60,979 bases of DNA from Gekko japonicus (GCF_001447785.1 NW_015160247.1:186001-246979); one strand, 5' to 3'. Counted from the first letter of the stretch, positions 37,880 through 50,586 are shown. Made by a program: numbers and translations. Notes: generated by a model not told the origin, from the sequence alone.

Positions 37880-38123
37880 GCTACAGCTAAAGGAGCAATA
37901 TTGGTCGGGTGAGGCAGACGGGCACGCTCCCCTTCTTCTGTGGAAGAAATCCACCTTCAGAGAAATGCTGCTTAGTCCTGCCTTCTGAGTTCAGGTGGCA
38001 GGTCCTAACTCAGTGGTGCATAACTGGCTATCTACAAGGAGAGAAGGCATTTCAGTGGCATTCAACAGAAAACAGACAGACACGTTGATTTAGTCTCGCT
38101 TCTCCCAAACTTATTTTACTTAC

Positions 38124-38243
38124 AATTGTTTCTCCTTTTGGGCGATTTCTTTCTGCAGACTTTCAGATTTACTCATATAGTCTTGCTTAAATCTCTTGTC
38201 CGCATTCTCTGCCTCCATTTGAGCCTTCTCAGCTTGCTGCAAT
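38124..38243 (-). CDS. RUFY2: RUFY2 exon 13 (LQQAEKAQMEAENADKRFKQDYMSKSESLQKEIAQKEKQ)
   Basis: accag| ... TT|gtaagt, 120 nt. Confidence 0.94.
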
Positions 38244-39878
38244 CTGGTGTAATTCAAATCAACTTTGGGTAAAACTGAAGCTAGAATTTGGGTGTAAAGG
38301 ATGAAGAAGACAAATAAAAGGGGAAAAAATGGGGAAATAGAAACATTTCTAAATGAAAACAAAGTTTGGGGTAAAACTCACAAACTCAGATGAGACCCAG
38401 ACAATGACTAGAGATCCAAACTCTTTTTCTCACTACAGCAACAACAACAACAGAGACAACTGTCCAATTTCTCCAATTTTATTTGGTGTTCACAATTAAC
38501 AGATGCCATCTGTGCAGAGCCATATATGAGTCACATGTGCAGAACTTTGAATGTGCATTCTTGTGTTACTGTGAGACTGGCTTCTTTTTTTAAAACAACA
38601 GCAACAGAAAAAAAATGCAACTAATCAGTCCTTAACGGCACAAATCCATCAGCTCCACAAAATGGAATACAAAAGCGTACTGAGGGGCATGATAAAATTC
38701 AGAACACAAAGTGGAACAGTGCAGCCAAGGCAGCGAAAACAGTCCTGTGCAAAGTCAACACAACGTGTGTGAAGTCTGTCACCCTGAATCCAAATCAGTG
38801 CACTTGACATAAGTGAATGCATGAACTTAATTGGTATACTCAGGACTGTGGAGAGGATGGGAGGCAGGCAAGTGTACCCTTAATGTGTTCACGAAGCTCC
38901 CACACCAGTAAGGGCAACCCTCCTTCACTTCAATAGAAGTTTAGCTCTCATCCTAAAGCTGGAGCATCATTTGTGCCTGTAGGGGAGACGGGGCCAGGGG
39001 GATAATAAGGATGACTCTGGACAATTGGGCCAAGAATAGGAACTCTCCGTCTGGGGCAAGGGGTGCTCTGTATTCTTGGTGCTTGGGGGGGGGGCAACAG
39101 TGGGAGGGCTCCTAGTGTCCTAGCCCCACTGGTGGACCTCCTGATGGCACCTGGTATTTTTGGCCCCTGTGTGACACAGAGTGTTGGATTGGATGGGCCA
39201 CTGGCCTGATCTAACATTTGGCTTCTCTTATGTTCTTAGGAACTCTCAGTCTGGGNNNNNNNNNNNNNNNNNNNNNNNNNNNNTCTCGCGCAAGGGATTT
39301 TCTGTCTTCTGGGTGCTGGGGGGGGGCAACAGTGGGAGGGCTTCTAATGTCCTGGCCCCACTGGTGGACCTCCTGATGGCACCTGGTATTTTTGGTCCCT
39401 GTGTGACACAGGGTGTTGGACTGGATGGGCCGTTGGCCTGATCCAACATTGGCTTCTTCTTATTGGCTGCCAGCCTGGGAGCTCCCAAGCAGCTTTCTGC
39501 AGCCTGTCACCAGGGGCCAGCCCGTTCTGGGAAAGACCGGAGGGCTGCACGTTTCTATTTGGTCCCCAGCTCAGGTTGACAAGGAAGGGTCTGAAGGCAC
39601 GCCGGGCATTCAGGAGCTCCACGCTCCTACCTCATGCGTTTGAATTTTTGTTCTGTTGCGGCTGGCCATTCTCTGCTATATCCACACGGGACCACTGGCT
39701 AACAGGACCAGGCAGAAATTTTACCCAAGGCTCTGATTGGCTGATAGGTCTTGGGGCTTTCCCCTTCCCCATAGCAAAGGGTAAATACTGTGCATGTTTG
39801 ACTGTACTGCTAATAAGAGTGTAAATGTCACAACTGGCTACTGGAGTTTAATGCAGGTTGTGCAGGGTGGGCTCCCTG

Positions 39879-40130
39879 TAGGGTTGCCAGGTCTGGGTTG
39901 GAAAATGCCTGGAAACGTTGGGCCCCCAGGGGGAACCCCACCCCCAAAACGAGTCACACGGAAGTGACGCAAGCACGTCGGGGATGTTGGGGGCGGGGCC
40001 ACAATCATCCGAGGGAAACTCTATGGTTTTCCCTCGGATGATTGTGGCCTCGGCGGCGCGCACGCACGAAGACTCCCGGAGCAAGGCTGGACTCCCCCGC
40101 TCCGGAACAGGTAAGCACTTGGCAACCCTA
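39879..40130. mobile_element. MITE with TAGGGTTGCCA TIRs
   Basis: tagggttgcca ... tggcaacccta, CpG-rich interior. Confidence 0.75.
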
Positions 40131-40664
40131 TGATGTTCCCAGTATACTAACAGAAGTCATTCGTAATGGACATTTTTCAGGCCTTAAAAAGTATTCTATT
40201 TAACTCAAAAGACTATTTGCTGTATTTGACTACTACACCACAATCCAATAAAAAGTACCATGTGAATGTTATCTACAGTTTTCAGCAAACACAGAATAAA
40301 ATTATGCTAGCTGAATTTTGAAATTTGTTTTGACTTTTTGAAAGGAGTAAGACCTTTTTAAAAGAATGTTAATTCTGACTGCTAAAGAATAAAATATTAA
40401 TCTTTGGGGAATATTTCTGAAAAACAAACTCATATCTGTATCAGAAACAACGACCAATTAGAATGCCAGATTTGTCAAAATGATTCTGCTACATGTATAG
40501 CTTGACCCACAACCCAATATAGCCAAAATACGTGAACAACAAACTTAAGTCCAAGCATTATGGCTTTTAAAAACCAGGCTGCAATTTGAAACTTCAAGCA
40601 TTTTTTAAAAATTCCCACAAATATTACTCCTTCATTATCAATTTAAAGAGTCAGAAGTTGTTTC

Positions 40665-40773
40665 TCAAAATGATATATGATGTTCCCCCTTGTACTGCGG
40701 CTGCCCTTCATTGCCGGCACATTTCATGAGGGACGTGGCAATAGTTCTTGTCTGCGTTAATAATTCTTTGTCA
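40665..40773 (-). CDS. RUFY2: RUFY2 alternative terminal exon (FYVE-less isoform): SDKELLTQTRTIATSLMKCAGNEGQPQYKGEHHISF*
   Basis: Acceptor catctgaag| in phase with exon 12; resembles the RUFY3 short-isoform tail SEKDLVKQAKTL (from memory). Confidence 0.75.
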
Positions 40774-41162
40774 CTTCAGATGTGCAATGGACAAAATAAT
40801 AAAAAAATAAAGATAATAAAAACATTTAACAATGTAAAAGTTGGGATAAAGGAGAAAAGAAAAAGAAAAAGAGGAAAAATGATGTCAATAAAAGAATACT
40901 CATGCCACTACCACTTCAATACAGAATTATGTTTCTTGTCAAGTAGATTGAAAAGAAAAACAATGGAGAGACGTGTCAACAGCCACACGATGGGCCTCTG
41001 TCAGCTGACATTTTATATTTTGCAATTCAGAAAACTAACGAGGCATGTAAACCACCACTCTGGCATATCCTCTGCGATTTCAGGTGTTGTGCACTGCACA
41101 CAATGTTACATTTATATATTCAGTTGGTATCACATTTCATTTGTTAATACAGACTGCAGAAT

Positions 41163-41217
41163 TCAGAGAGGGACTTTATCTGCATCGAGGTCTCGTACAC
41201 ACGTTAAGACCTCCTTC
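41163..41217 (-). CDS. RUFY2: Candidate second alternative terminal exon of RUFY2: RKEVLTCVRDLDADKVPL*
   Basis: Acceptor ttgttttcgcccgttcaaag| in phase with exon 12; locally retained CpGs. Confidence 0.4.
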
Positions 41218-41737
41218 CTTTGAACGGGCGAAAACAATGCCACAAATCGTTTTGGGGACTCTCCTCAGTTTCAAATGCACATTCTATGAGGTGGGGGAGG
41301 GGGACGCTCCTTTTCAAGGAACATGAGTCTAAATACAGCTGAGCTCATGGAGCTCTCTGCACAATTCACTGGATTGGCTCCAAAGGAGCCCTCCCAAAAG
41401 TAGGAAGGACCTTCCACTCACACAAGGGGGCGGGGTAGGGTGGGAGGGTCTGTGATTCCACTGACTGAGATACAGCCCCCCCCCCCATGCTACATCCCAT
41501 GTTTTTTCCAAGGATTTCCTGACCACCCTTTTTTTAAGGGGTTCTGGAAGCGATGGAGGACCAGGGGAGGCTGGAGGATCCATTCTATGGGCAGAGCTCC
41601 TGCCTCCAGTTCTTATGATCCAGCCCTTGGCTCTACTATTTAAATCAAATAATATTTACAAGTTATTTTTACTCCAGCAGAAATTCTGGGGCTCTCCAGA
41701 ATTTCTAAGCATTCATGCTTAGCTTTAAGTATATAAG

Positions 41738-42300
41738 CATAGACCCACCAGATCAGACCAGTTGCGTTGTAGCTAGTCCAGTATCCTGTTTCACGCAGTG
41801 GCCAACCAATTGCCCTGGAGGTCCAAACAAACAGGGCAAAGAGGCCAAGACCTTCCCCTGATGTTTACTGCCTCTGAATGTGGAGGTTCCCTTAACTCAC
41901 CATGGCTAGTAGCCATCGATGAACCTCTCCTCCATGATTCTAACCCCCTTTTAGCCATCTATACCATCACTATGTTTACTGGCAGTGAACTGCACAATTT
42001 AAATACTTGTTGAGTAAAGAATTATTTCCTTTTGTCTCTCCTGTACCTATTGCCCATCAATATCATTGGGTGCCCTCAAGTTCTAGTATTATGGGAAAAC
42101 TCCCTTTATCCACTTTCGTGACACCATGCATGACTTTATAAACCTCTACCATGCCCCCTCCCCAGCTGCCGTTTCTCTAGACTGAAAAGTCCCAGACTCT
42201 CTTCAGCCTTTCCTCATAGCAAAGGTGCTCCAACCCTTGGATCATCTTGGTTGCTTTCTTCTGTACTTCTTCCAGCTCTGCAATATCCTTTATGAGATAT
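41738..42300 (-). mobile_element. Decayed CR1 LINE 3' fragment
   Basis: Minus strand ...gcagagctggaagaagtacagaagaaagcaaccaagatgatccaagggttggagcacct, CR1 ORF2 C-terminus. Confidence 0.75.
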
Positions 42301-43744
42301 TAGCAACCAGAAGAAATTAGGTTTACTTTGGTTGATTGGGGGTTCACTGAATAGTGGTAATGTGCAAAACAAAAACCAGGAAACAAAGTGGTTCCTGATT
42401 GACTGGCAAGGAGCCTCGTGCTGCTTCCACACCAAAGTTTTTCTCCACCTCGGCTTCTAAACTGGAGTGTTTTTTTCCCTGACATGACACCACGCTGCAA
42501 CTGTTTTCTTTCCAGGTTTTCTCCATTCTCAATGTGCTCTTTGCCAAAAACTGCCTTATTCTGATCTTTTTGAAAACGAACACTGGCTCAGCACATTTAT
42601 TGTGCTATCTGAAAGGAATGGTGCACAGTCTGGCTCATACCGGCACCATTTTCCCGCCATGTTTTGCCCACTGCACCAAAGAAGGGCTTTTTGCAGTCCT
42701 TTTGGTTTCATCAGTAATTGATATTACACTATAGCGCTATTATATATTTCCATTTGCAATTTCAGTTCCTCTGAATTCCCAGTTCCGATTTTTTTTTAAA
42801 TGAAATCTCCTGGTCTTTTTATTGAGGAGATATAACAGTAAAGGTGCAGACAGTTTTTGTCCAGGTTACCTGGAAAACAATGGAGACAGGAAGCTGCAAG
42901 ATGGCTGGAGTACAGTGGGAATTTCCACCATGCAGCAATTTATCCAAATACTAGATAAAAGAAATGAAAAGGGCAGAGCTACACTTCACATGGAGGGATG
43001 GTATTTGTATGTCCACGGTGGTGGTGGTAAGCGCTGTCAAGTTGTGGCTGACTTATGGCAACCCCATAGGGTTTTCAAGGCAAAAGACGTTAGAGGTGGT
43101 CTGTCACTGCCTGCCTCCGTGTCATGAACCTGGACTTCCCATCCAAATACTAACCAGGGCTGATCCTGCTTAGCTTTTGAGATCTGATGAGATCTGGCTA
43201 GCCTGGGCCATTCAGGTCACAGCTGTATGTCCATTTTGCACTATAGTATTAGTGCATGAGTGAAGGGAAAAATGGTGGTGATGGCAAATCACCATGGCAT
43301 CCATGATGACCATGCTCCCCAAAAGCCGGTGTGGAGTTGTAGCAGAGCATGCACGGAAAAACTGAAAAAAGATGGAGGAAAATTTGCTAGAAACTCCCCT
43401 CTAGGAGCTCTGTTGGCAACATGCACACGGCTGCACTTGCAGCAACAGTTAAAGCAAAAGTGGAGAATCCTTGCCATGTGGAAGCAGCCTCAAAGATAAA
43501 TGTAGAGTTTCAGGAACAGGCAATAAAGCAAGGAGATATGAAAGTTGAAAAGCCTGAATTGTGATTGTATTCAGCCTTCTCTTGCACGTATCACATTTAA
43601 GCATTTTTTAAAAGTCAGCAGAAACACGTATTCTGGTCCTTCTTCAAAATTACATCATGCTTGATGGTAATATGGTAAGTGAAAGAAAGGAAGAAAAATG
43701 AAGAAGAAGAAGAAGAAGAAGCAAAATAAAACAAGATGTTGCAC

Positions 43745-43842
43745 CTTTGTTCCAGTTGCTTCATAGTTGCAGTGATCTGACTAGTCTTATTCTCCAGACG
43801 ACCAATTATTTCATTCTTCTCTTTCAGGGCATCATCAGATCC
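43745..43842 (-). CDS. RUFY2: RUFY2 exon 12 ([32 protein letters not shown])
   Basis: aatag|GGA ... AAAG|gtgcaa, 98 nt. Confidence 0.92.
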
Positions 43843-44164
43843 CTATTATTAGAGGGATTAATGGATATTTATTAGAAGAATATTATATCTCTCTTCAATC
43901 TTGATGTATATTAGCCTGCATAACAAAGTTTCCGGATGAGCCTCTAGCACACTGCTGGTACTATATCCATGTTCAGGAAATAAGACAGTAGCTATTAGTC
44001 CACATGCATCCTATAACCCAGATTATCAGAAGGAGGGAGGGCAAGAATGAACTGCTCAAGGGGCAGGGAGACAAAAATCAGTACTCTGCCAGCTTACTGA
44101 GTCCATCCCACCTACAGCCATGTATACTTTCATTAATCTTGCCAGTTGTTGACAGAACTTTTAC

Positions 44165-44332
44165 CTGCAACTTTTGGTACATCTCTATATTGATTGCTTT
44201 GACTTCCTCCAATTGTTGCCGCAGACTTATAAGGGTATCTTGTTTTTCATGTATATCTTTCTCCAGCAGCTTCATGGCAAGTTCTATCTCATGCTTCATA
44301 CCAACTTGGACCATCAGCTCATTCTCTATATC
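44165..44332 (-). CDS. RUFY2: RUFY2 exon 11 ([56 protein letters not shown])
   Basis: ttgtag| ... CAG|gtaaaa, 168 nt. Confidence 0.96.
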
Positions 44333-44904
44333 CTACAAGATGCAAAATAAATACATTTCACTCAGCATAAAGACTGTCAAAGAGTGATTGTTACACTCAG
44401 TCAGTCTGGATGCATTCAGAGGTACCATTTCACAGTTAAGAAGCTATATGGGATTCTCTGAACTGCCTGCACGTTCCTCCCAAACAACAGTGAGCTGATA
44501 CCGGTACACTTACGTAAAAGCAAAGTTATTTTCTCACCCAAACCTGTTTGTACTGTCATTCAGTGCAAATTGTTCAAAAGAATTTTGTCATGGAGATGTG
44601 GTGGTAATGCCATACCAACATTACTTACCCACCCTACCCACTTTTCTAGGCTCAAATCCCATCCTTCCACCATAGATTGCATAGATTGCATAGATACCAC
44701 AATTACTGCCTGCAGTCCTTGAAATCTTCTCCCTATCCTTGCTCCTGTGTCCAAGTCTCACAGTCTCAGCCTGTGACTACCATGGTCCTGAAGCTGGGGG
44801 GGTCTGAAGCCGCTTCTGCAAACAGCTATCCTTTCGATAGGCGGACACGCAAGGAAAGATGGGTAGTTCATGCGCAGCACTCAGTCATCTCCACAGGTCA
44901 CTTG

Positions 44905-45110
44905 CAATGTTCCCTCTAAGCTGTGGAATCTTGTGAGCAAAAATTCTTCTTTGTGAGCTGCTGGCATCAAAGTTGTGAGGGAGCGATTTGGCTGCTGCAT
45001 AAATTAGTGTGCTCTGGAGCCACCCTTCCTGAGCTAAGACAAAATTGTGTGAGCCGGAGGCTAAAAAACTGTGAGCTAGCTCACACTAACTCAGCTTAGA
45101 GGGAACACTT
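44905..45110. mobile_element. hAT-like MITE
   Basis: TIR caatgttccctctaagctg / cagcttagagggaacact. Confidence 0.75.
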
Positions 45111-45218
45111 GGGCAAGAAACCCCCGTCAGTAGATACACAGCCCACCAACAAATAATGCCCCCCGAGCCATTTCCAGTCAGGAATACAGCATGGGGGGAG
45201 GCTAAAGACCATCCCCAC

Positions 45219-45253
<35 letters not shown>

Positions 45254-45873
45254 ATCACAGTGGTTCTGCCAGGAATCAGGGCCCTGTCAGTGTTTGGGAA
45301 ACGAGTTCCCTTGCAGCTGATGTGTGATTGTTAGAGTCAGTTCGGGGAAACACAGACACAACGCAATAAAATGCATAACATGTAATTTGGGCCAAAGTCA
45401 CCCGGCATGCTTGAGTTGTGGCCCCATGCTGTGTAAGCTATCATGTGAGGTATGGGTGTCCTCACAGCAGTATATATAATGCTTAGATGCGCTGTGATCG
45501 TTTGCAGACTTGGCTGGAAATCTAAGAGGCACCATGGCTGTGTAGGAGCGGTGAGAAGCCTATGGGGTGATTTGTTTACACTACCACTGACTTTAGGCGG
45601 GAGTGCCCCCTCTTTCATTGGTGTAGCATAATGTTGACAGAGGGGGGATTAGGATGCTGATAAAGTTCTGTTCCTCCCCCAGAACAGCTCCAGGGTCACT
45701 GGTTTCTGGCACCCTATACTGGCAGCAGGTTAGACAAGGTGTTGGCAGGACACGAAACCAGTATATCCACTTTAAATTGAGGTAGGGTCTATAGTTGCCA
45801 TCCTAAGCAGCACCAAAGAGGCTTTAAGATTACATCCTAAAAACAAAAGTCAGTATATCTGGCATACACTCAC

Positions 45874-45990
45874 TTGTCGCAACTGTGATTCTTCCCGAAG
45901 TTGTCTGTGTGCTTCATTGTACATTTCATCCAGGCTCTGTCTGGAGTGCTTGTATGTCTGGAGTTCTGCTTCAGCATCCACTTTGTTCAC
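45874..45990 (-). CDS. RUFY2: RUFY2 exon 10 ([39 protein letters not shown])
   Basis: tcacag| ... CAA|gtgagt, 117 nt. Confidence 0.95.
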
Positions 45991-47097
45991 CTGTGAAGAA
46001 AGCAATGTACTCTCACTTAAATCTTGTACTTTAGCCCAGTGGTCTTCGGTCCATGGGCTGGGACCCCCTGGTGGGCTGCAGAGCTCCACCTCCTGGGTCA
46101 TGGGGTCCTAAAAAGCTGCCATGTTATAGTAGCTTTTTGGAAGGATTTGCTGCTAGTGCATCTGGGTCAACAGCCAGAAGACCAAAGGCTCCTGGCCTCT
46201 CTTTGAAGGTGTGGTGGAAAGAAACAGCAGGAGAATGAGGTGAGGACACTCAGAGACGGAGAAAACTTTTCCTTACCATAGACAAGTTCAGAGAATCCCC
46301 CCCCTACAAAAGCTTTACCTTGCCTTCTTTTTCTTCCCTTGTCCCCCTGCTCCCCTCCAAGACTCCATTGTGCACTTGCAGCACAGAGTTTCCCTCCTCG
46401 CTGATGGAGTCATCATAACTCTATTCCCATCATCCCCTCTCATGTGACTCTGTTATCATGTGACTTCTTGGGATCTAGCTGCTGCCTGGGCATTGAAAGT
46501 GGGTCCCAGTTTTGGAAAGGATGAAGACCACTGCCTTCACCAGTTAAAAAAGGGAGGCCTCTCTCTCTAGAGAAATAGAAAGAAAGCACTTTTCTAACCT
46601 TTTCCGTTTGCTCAGACAGTAGCAGGAAGGCAAAAATGCCATACAAGGGCACTCTTCTGAACCAACACATGAAGCTGTGTGTGCATGCTGACAGTCAGTA
46701 AGGCAATACACACCAAAACTACTTTTCCACATGGGCTCCATTATCTCTATTTTGGTTTTCTTCATGTTCCCAGACAACAGCATGTACTGAAAGGCAAATC
46801 CTCTCTCTTGGTTTTGTTTTCTTACTTCTGGGAAGTTGATTTCTTGGCATGAACATGCTCACTGCAAGATCCTCTTTAACTATAATATAAAACTGCTTTA
46901 AAGGGGGCAGATATACCCCCGACTATTTTAACTGATCATTTTCACCAATTGAGCCGTCTGTTTGGATGTTTCCTATTTCATCCAGCTGTTCCCAAGGTGG
47001 TGAAAAAGTAACACAGCTCCTGTTGGGAGAAAGAATGAGCTCTCCTCTCATCCTCACCTAAGTGAATACCAGATTATTTGGGTCATATCACACATTA

Positions 47098-47324
47098 GGT
47101 AAAGGTTCCCCTTGCTCGAAAGCCAGTCGAATCCGACTCTAGGGATATGGTGCTCATCTCTGTTTCCAAGCCGAAGAGCCAGCGCTATCCAAAGACATTT
47201 CCGTGGTCATGTGGCCGGCATGAGTAGCCGCTGAGGTGCACGGAACGCTGTTACCTTCCCACCGAAGTGGTATCTATTTATCTACTTGCAATTTCTTGCT
47301 TTCAAACTGCTAGGTTGGCAGGAG
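47098..47324 (-). mobile_element. 5'-truncated Sauria SINE with 12-bp TSD
   Basis: ggtaaaggt tail, ttccgtggtcatgtggccggcatg...gctgttaccttcccaccgaagtgg body; TSD TATCACACATTA at 47086-47097 and 47325-47336. Confidence 0.88.
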
Positions 47325-48013
47325 TATCACACATTACACAGCAACAAACTCAAGTCTACCATTAATAGTATAATTGGTAGGAAGTTGAAGTCAACTTTGG
47401 CACAACAGGTGATGTGAAAGACCTCTACCCAAGACCCTGAGCAGCTGCTGCAAGTCACGGAAGACAATGCTGACCCTGAAACACCGATGACCTGATTCAA
47501 TATAAGACAGGTTCATGTATTCAGTATCACCCTTCCCCCTTTATAGTTTGGAAACTACCATATTCATTAAGATTTATTAATGAACAGTCTAGTAGACTTG
47601 ATAGCAGGCTTTAAAACGAAGCAACTCATAAGACAATATTTTCCAGACAAAATGCATTTAAACAATTGTTTTCTAAAATCTTCATCACAAAACTTTTACT
47701 TCTATGTGCCAGGTTTCTTTGAAACACAAGCCACACCCCATTTTTTACATTTGCTTATTTACACTATTTTCAGTCTGAGGGTGATTTGGCAGCTGCATCC
47801 ATCACCCCATTTGGTGGTGGAAGGTATCGTTAAGTAACAGCTGACTTATGGCAACCCTGTTGGTTTTTCAAGGCAAGAGACACTCAGAGGTGATTTGCCA
47901 TTGCCTGCCTCTGCGTAGCAACCCCAAAATAAAATTATACATTGGTAAATAAACAGTAACCAGGCATCACTCCATTTACAGTAGTCAAACCATAATAACT
48001 GGACTCTTAATAC

Positions 48014-48115
48014 CTCTAGATGCCGCTGTGTTTTCATTAAAATGAGTGTATTCTCGCTTCTTAAGTGATGGTTTTCTTCTTGAAGTTTGATGATGTTATT
48101 TTTGGCTATTGCTAA
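48014..48115 (-). CDS. RUFY2: RUFY2 exon 9 ([34 protein letters not shown])
   Basis: ttcttag| ... GAG|gtatta, 102 nt. Confidence 0.95.
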
Positions 48116-48995
48116 CTAAGAAAGAGGCAGAACAAACAAAAAAGGAAAGTTAAAAACATTTAGAGGAATGCGTTAAAAACAGTTATTCTGAGGTATAAGA
48201 CGACACAGATAGAACTGGTCTCCTAGAAGATGTTTAGGTGCTCCATGTATGAACATGTTTAACAACAAAGACTTAATCCTTGTATTTGTCAGTAGTATGC
48301 TATGGAAAGTGGGTTAAACAAAAAGAAAACAATTTTAGATGTCCATGTTTGTAAATAAGGTTCAGCATAAAGCACTCTCAGAAGACACAGCTCTAAAAGA
48401 ACATTCCAAGTACTGCTGCTGTATAATAACCAAGCATAAAATCTCTGGGTAAACGGACTACCAGAATGGAGAATTGCTTAAAGGAACTTTAATATGAACA
48501 GCAATTAAAAACATCTTGTACAGCAATCTCTGAGACCCCTGCTCTCGAACTAAGATCACGTTATTACAGGACAAGTTCACAAACCCCCAATTCTTTAACA
48601 ATGTAAAATATAAGTGTATGCCTCTGAACTGTAGATTCTATTACTATACTACACATTTCAAGGAAGATGTTCTGCACAAGCCCCTCCCCCCAATTAAATT
48701 TAAAGATATTCTGAGAGAGGAAGTAGCTGGTGGCCTGTACACATTATCATCTCCATTTCATACCGTAGTTATATCTAACTTAAATGACTATTTTGCAAAA
48801 TCAATACACATAGTTAACAAGATCAGAATTCTACTGGAGATTTGAACATGTGGGGGACCAGACACAGATTTTATCCTCACCGGATTTTCAGTAATCCACA
48901 AGGCACCATATGGAAAGGGTTACAGGCAAATTGGCTTTTCTGAAATTAAAACCACTCTTTCAAAATAAAATTATACATTGGTAAAAGGCAGTTAC

Positions 48996-49065
48996 CTCTT
49001 CGATTAGCTTAGTGTTTGACTTCTCTAATGAATCGACACGTGAGTGGAGGCTGCTGACTGTGCTA
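48996..49065 (-). CDS. RUFY2: RUFY2 exon 8 ([23 protein letters not shown])
   Basis: ttttcag| ... GAG|gtaact, 70 nt. Confidence 0.95.
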
Positions 49066-49443
49066 CTGAAAACGACAAAAAGAAACCCTCATTAAAAATT
49101 ATGTCCCCTATTGAAGAAGTGCTATGCCACTTACAGAACTTGCTGGCACCTGAGTTCAATGGGGCTAGGGCAGTGTCTGGTAAATCTGGGCTAATCAGGT
49201 TTCCCAGATGTACATACACTTGTATTTAAAGATGTGACTATATCTAATGTCAATACATTACGTATTTGCTGCAGAAAAACAACATCTTGTACGACGGCAT
49301 TAAGCTTCAGGCAATGCAAACAAGGGGTTTCCCCCTCATCATGTTCATCGGAACCTAATTAGACAGTCTTAATCAGATAGATTGTATGCCAAACTCCTCA
49401 TAGTACAAGGTAGGATAAAGTGTGCCTTCGAATCGCATCCTAT

Positions 49444-49937
49444 TGTCAGCAAGCTGCCAATGTGTCTTTCCTATGTGTATTCTCTATGCCCTACCCCCCC
49501 CCCCATTGCCATGGTGAATATAATCAGCTCGTGTGCGCATGTCTACCCTCACTCTCATGCGCTCATCTTCTCCTAGGCTGCATTCCTTTCTATGTACGCT
49601 AGTCTTGCTTTGAAGAACCTTATCAGTACAAGGCCACAGGTGGTGAGCGGCAAGAGGCTTATTGCTTAGTCTGTAATGAACATGTAGTATGGGAATAGTC
49701 TAATTGTTTAACTGTATGGAACCGTTGCTTCTCAGGGTTTGGGCACGCGATGAGCCTTCTGAGCGGGAGCGGGAAACATATCTATTGGCTAGTGTGATTA
49801 TGAATCTGCTTTAACCTATCTGTCAAACGCACGTCTCGTTATTCTGAACAGAGAATCTGTTCTAAGTACTTCATGGCTTCAATAAAGTAAAGCCTTCCTG
49901 CAAGTGTGTACTTCATTGCCTGCTGTGGGGTCTGACA
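49444..49937 (+). mobile_element. Solo LTR inserted into a 5S-derived SINE
   Basis: TGTCAG...CTGACA; 5-bp TSD CCTAT (49439-49443, 49938-49942); internal AATAAA at 49881. Confidence 0.85.
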
Positions 49938-50357
49938 CCTATTCATGGTGACCCCTTTTGGGGGTTTTAAAGGCAAGAGATGAACAGAGGTGGCTTGCGT
50001 GACAGTGCCTTCCCCTGCAGAGCCATCCTGGCCATCCTCGGTGGTCTCCCATCCAAGCACTGGCCCTTCTTAGGTTCCCAGCTGGGACGAGATCAGGCTT
50101 GCCTCGGCTGCTGGACCTGCCACCCCTTCCTCGTACCCTCAGGTTCAGAAGAGAGAAGGGGTGCCTTTCCCACGGTGAAATCCCTTCCAGCGTCACCCTT
50201 CCCAAGAGCCAGCCATTAAAAGGAGCCAAAGCAAGAATGAAAATGTCAGAGTCTGGTTCTGTAGTGGAAAAGGCATCATTTTACAAGGAGAATTATATTT
50301 TTTAAAGTGAGGATACCTCTTCTATAGACTTTAACACACCACTGGATATATACTTAC

Positions 50358-50423
50358 TTCAGCTGTCGGTTTAATTCTTCAACGTAATTCTTTTGATCCA
50401 ATATAGCAGCAATATGGTCATTT
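50358..50423 (-). CDS. RUFY2: RUFY2 exon 7 (NDHIAAILDQKNYVEELNRQL)
   Basis: RUFY family motif LDQKNYVEELNR; 66 nt; canonical sites. Confidence 0.95.
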
Positions 50424-50511
50424 CTATTAAAAAAAGAGTTGAAAGCCTATTTAATCAGACATTTATTCGAGCCCTTGAAACTGCAGCACAGGAGTGTTTA
50501 TTTAAAGACTC

Positions 50512-50586
50512 AGAGTCCAGTGGGGCACCCTTAAGACCAACAAAGGTTGATTCAAGGTATGAGCTTTCGTGTGCAAGGCACACTTG
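50512..50586 (-). mobile_element. Truncated Penelope-like terminal fragment
   Basis: Minus strand AAGTGTGC-ctt-GCACAC-GAAAGCTC-ATAC, a hammerhead 3' half lacking CTGANGA. Confidence 0.6.

Noticed and set aside
39040-39462. Tandem pair of CR1 3' ends as a biological duplication
   Set aside because: The copies flank a 28-N gap (39256-39283) in a high-copy repeat, so gap-edge redundancy is likely
40690-41223. 177-aa plus-strand ORF
   Set aside because: Crosses an A-rich tract and is antisense to the RUFY2 alternative exons, which explain the sequence better
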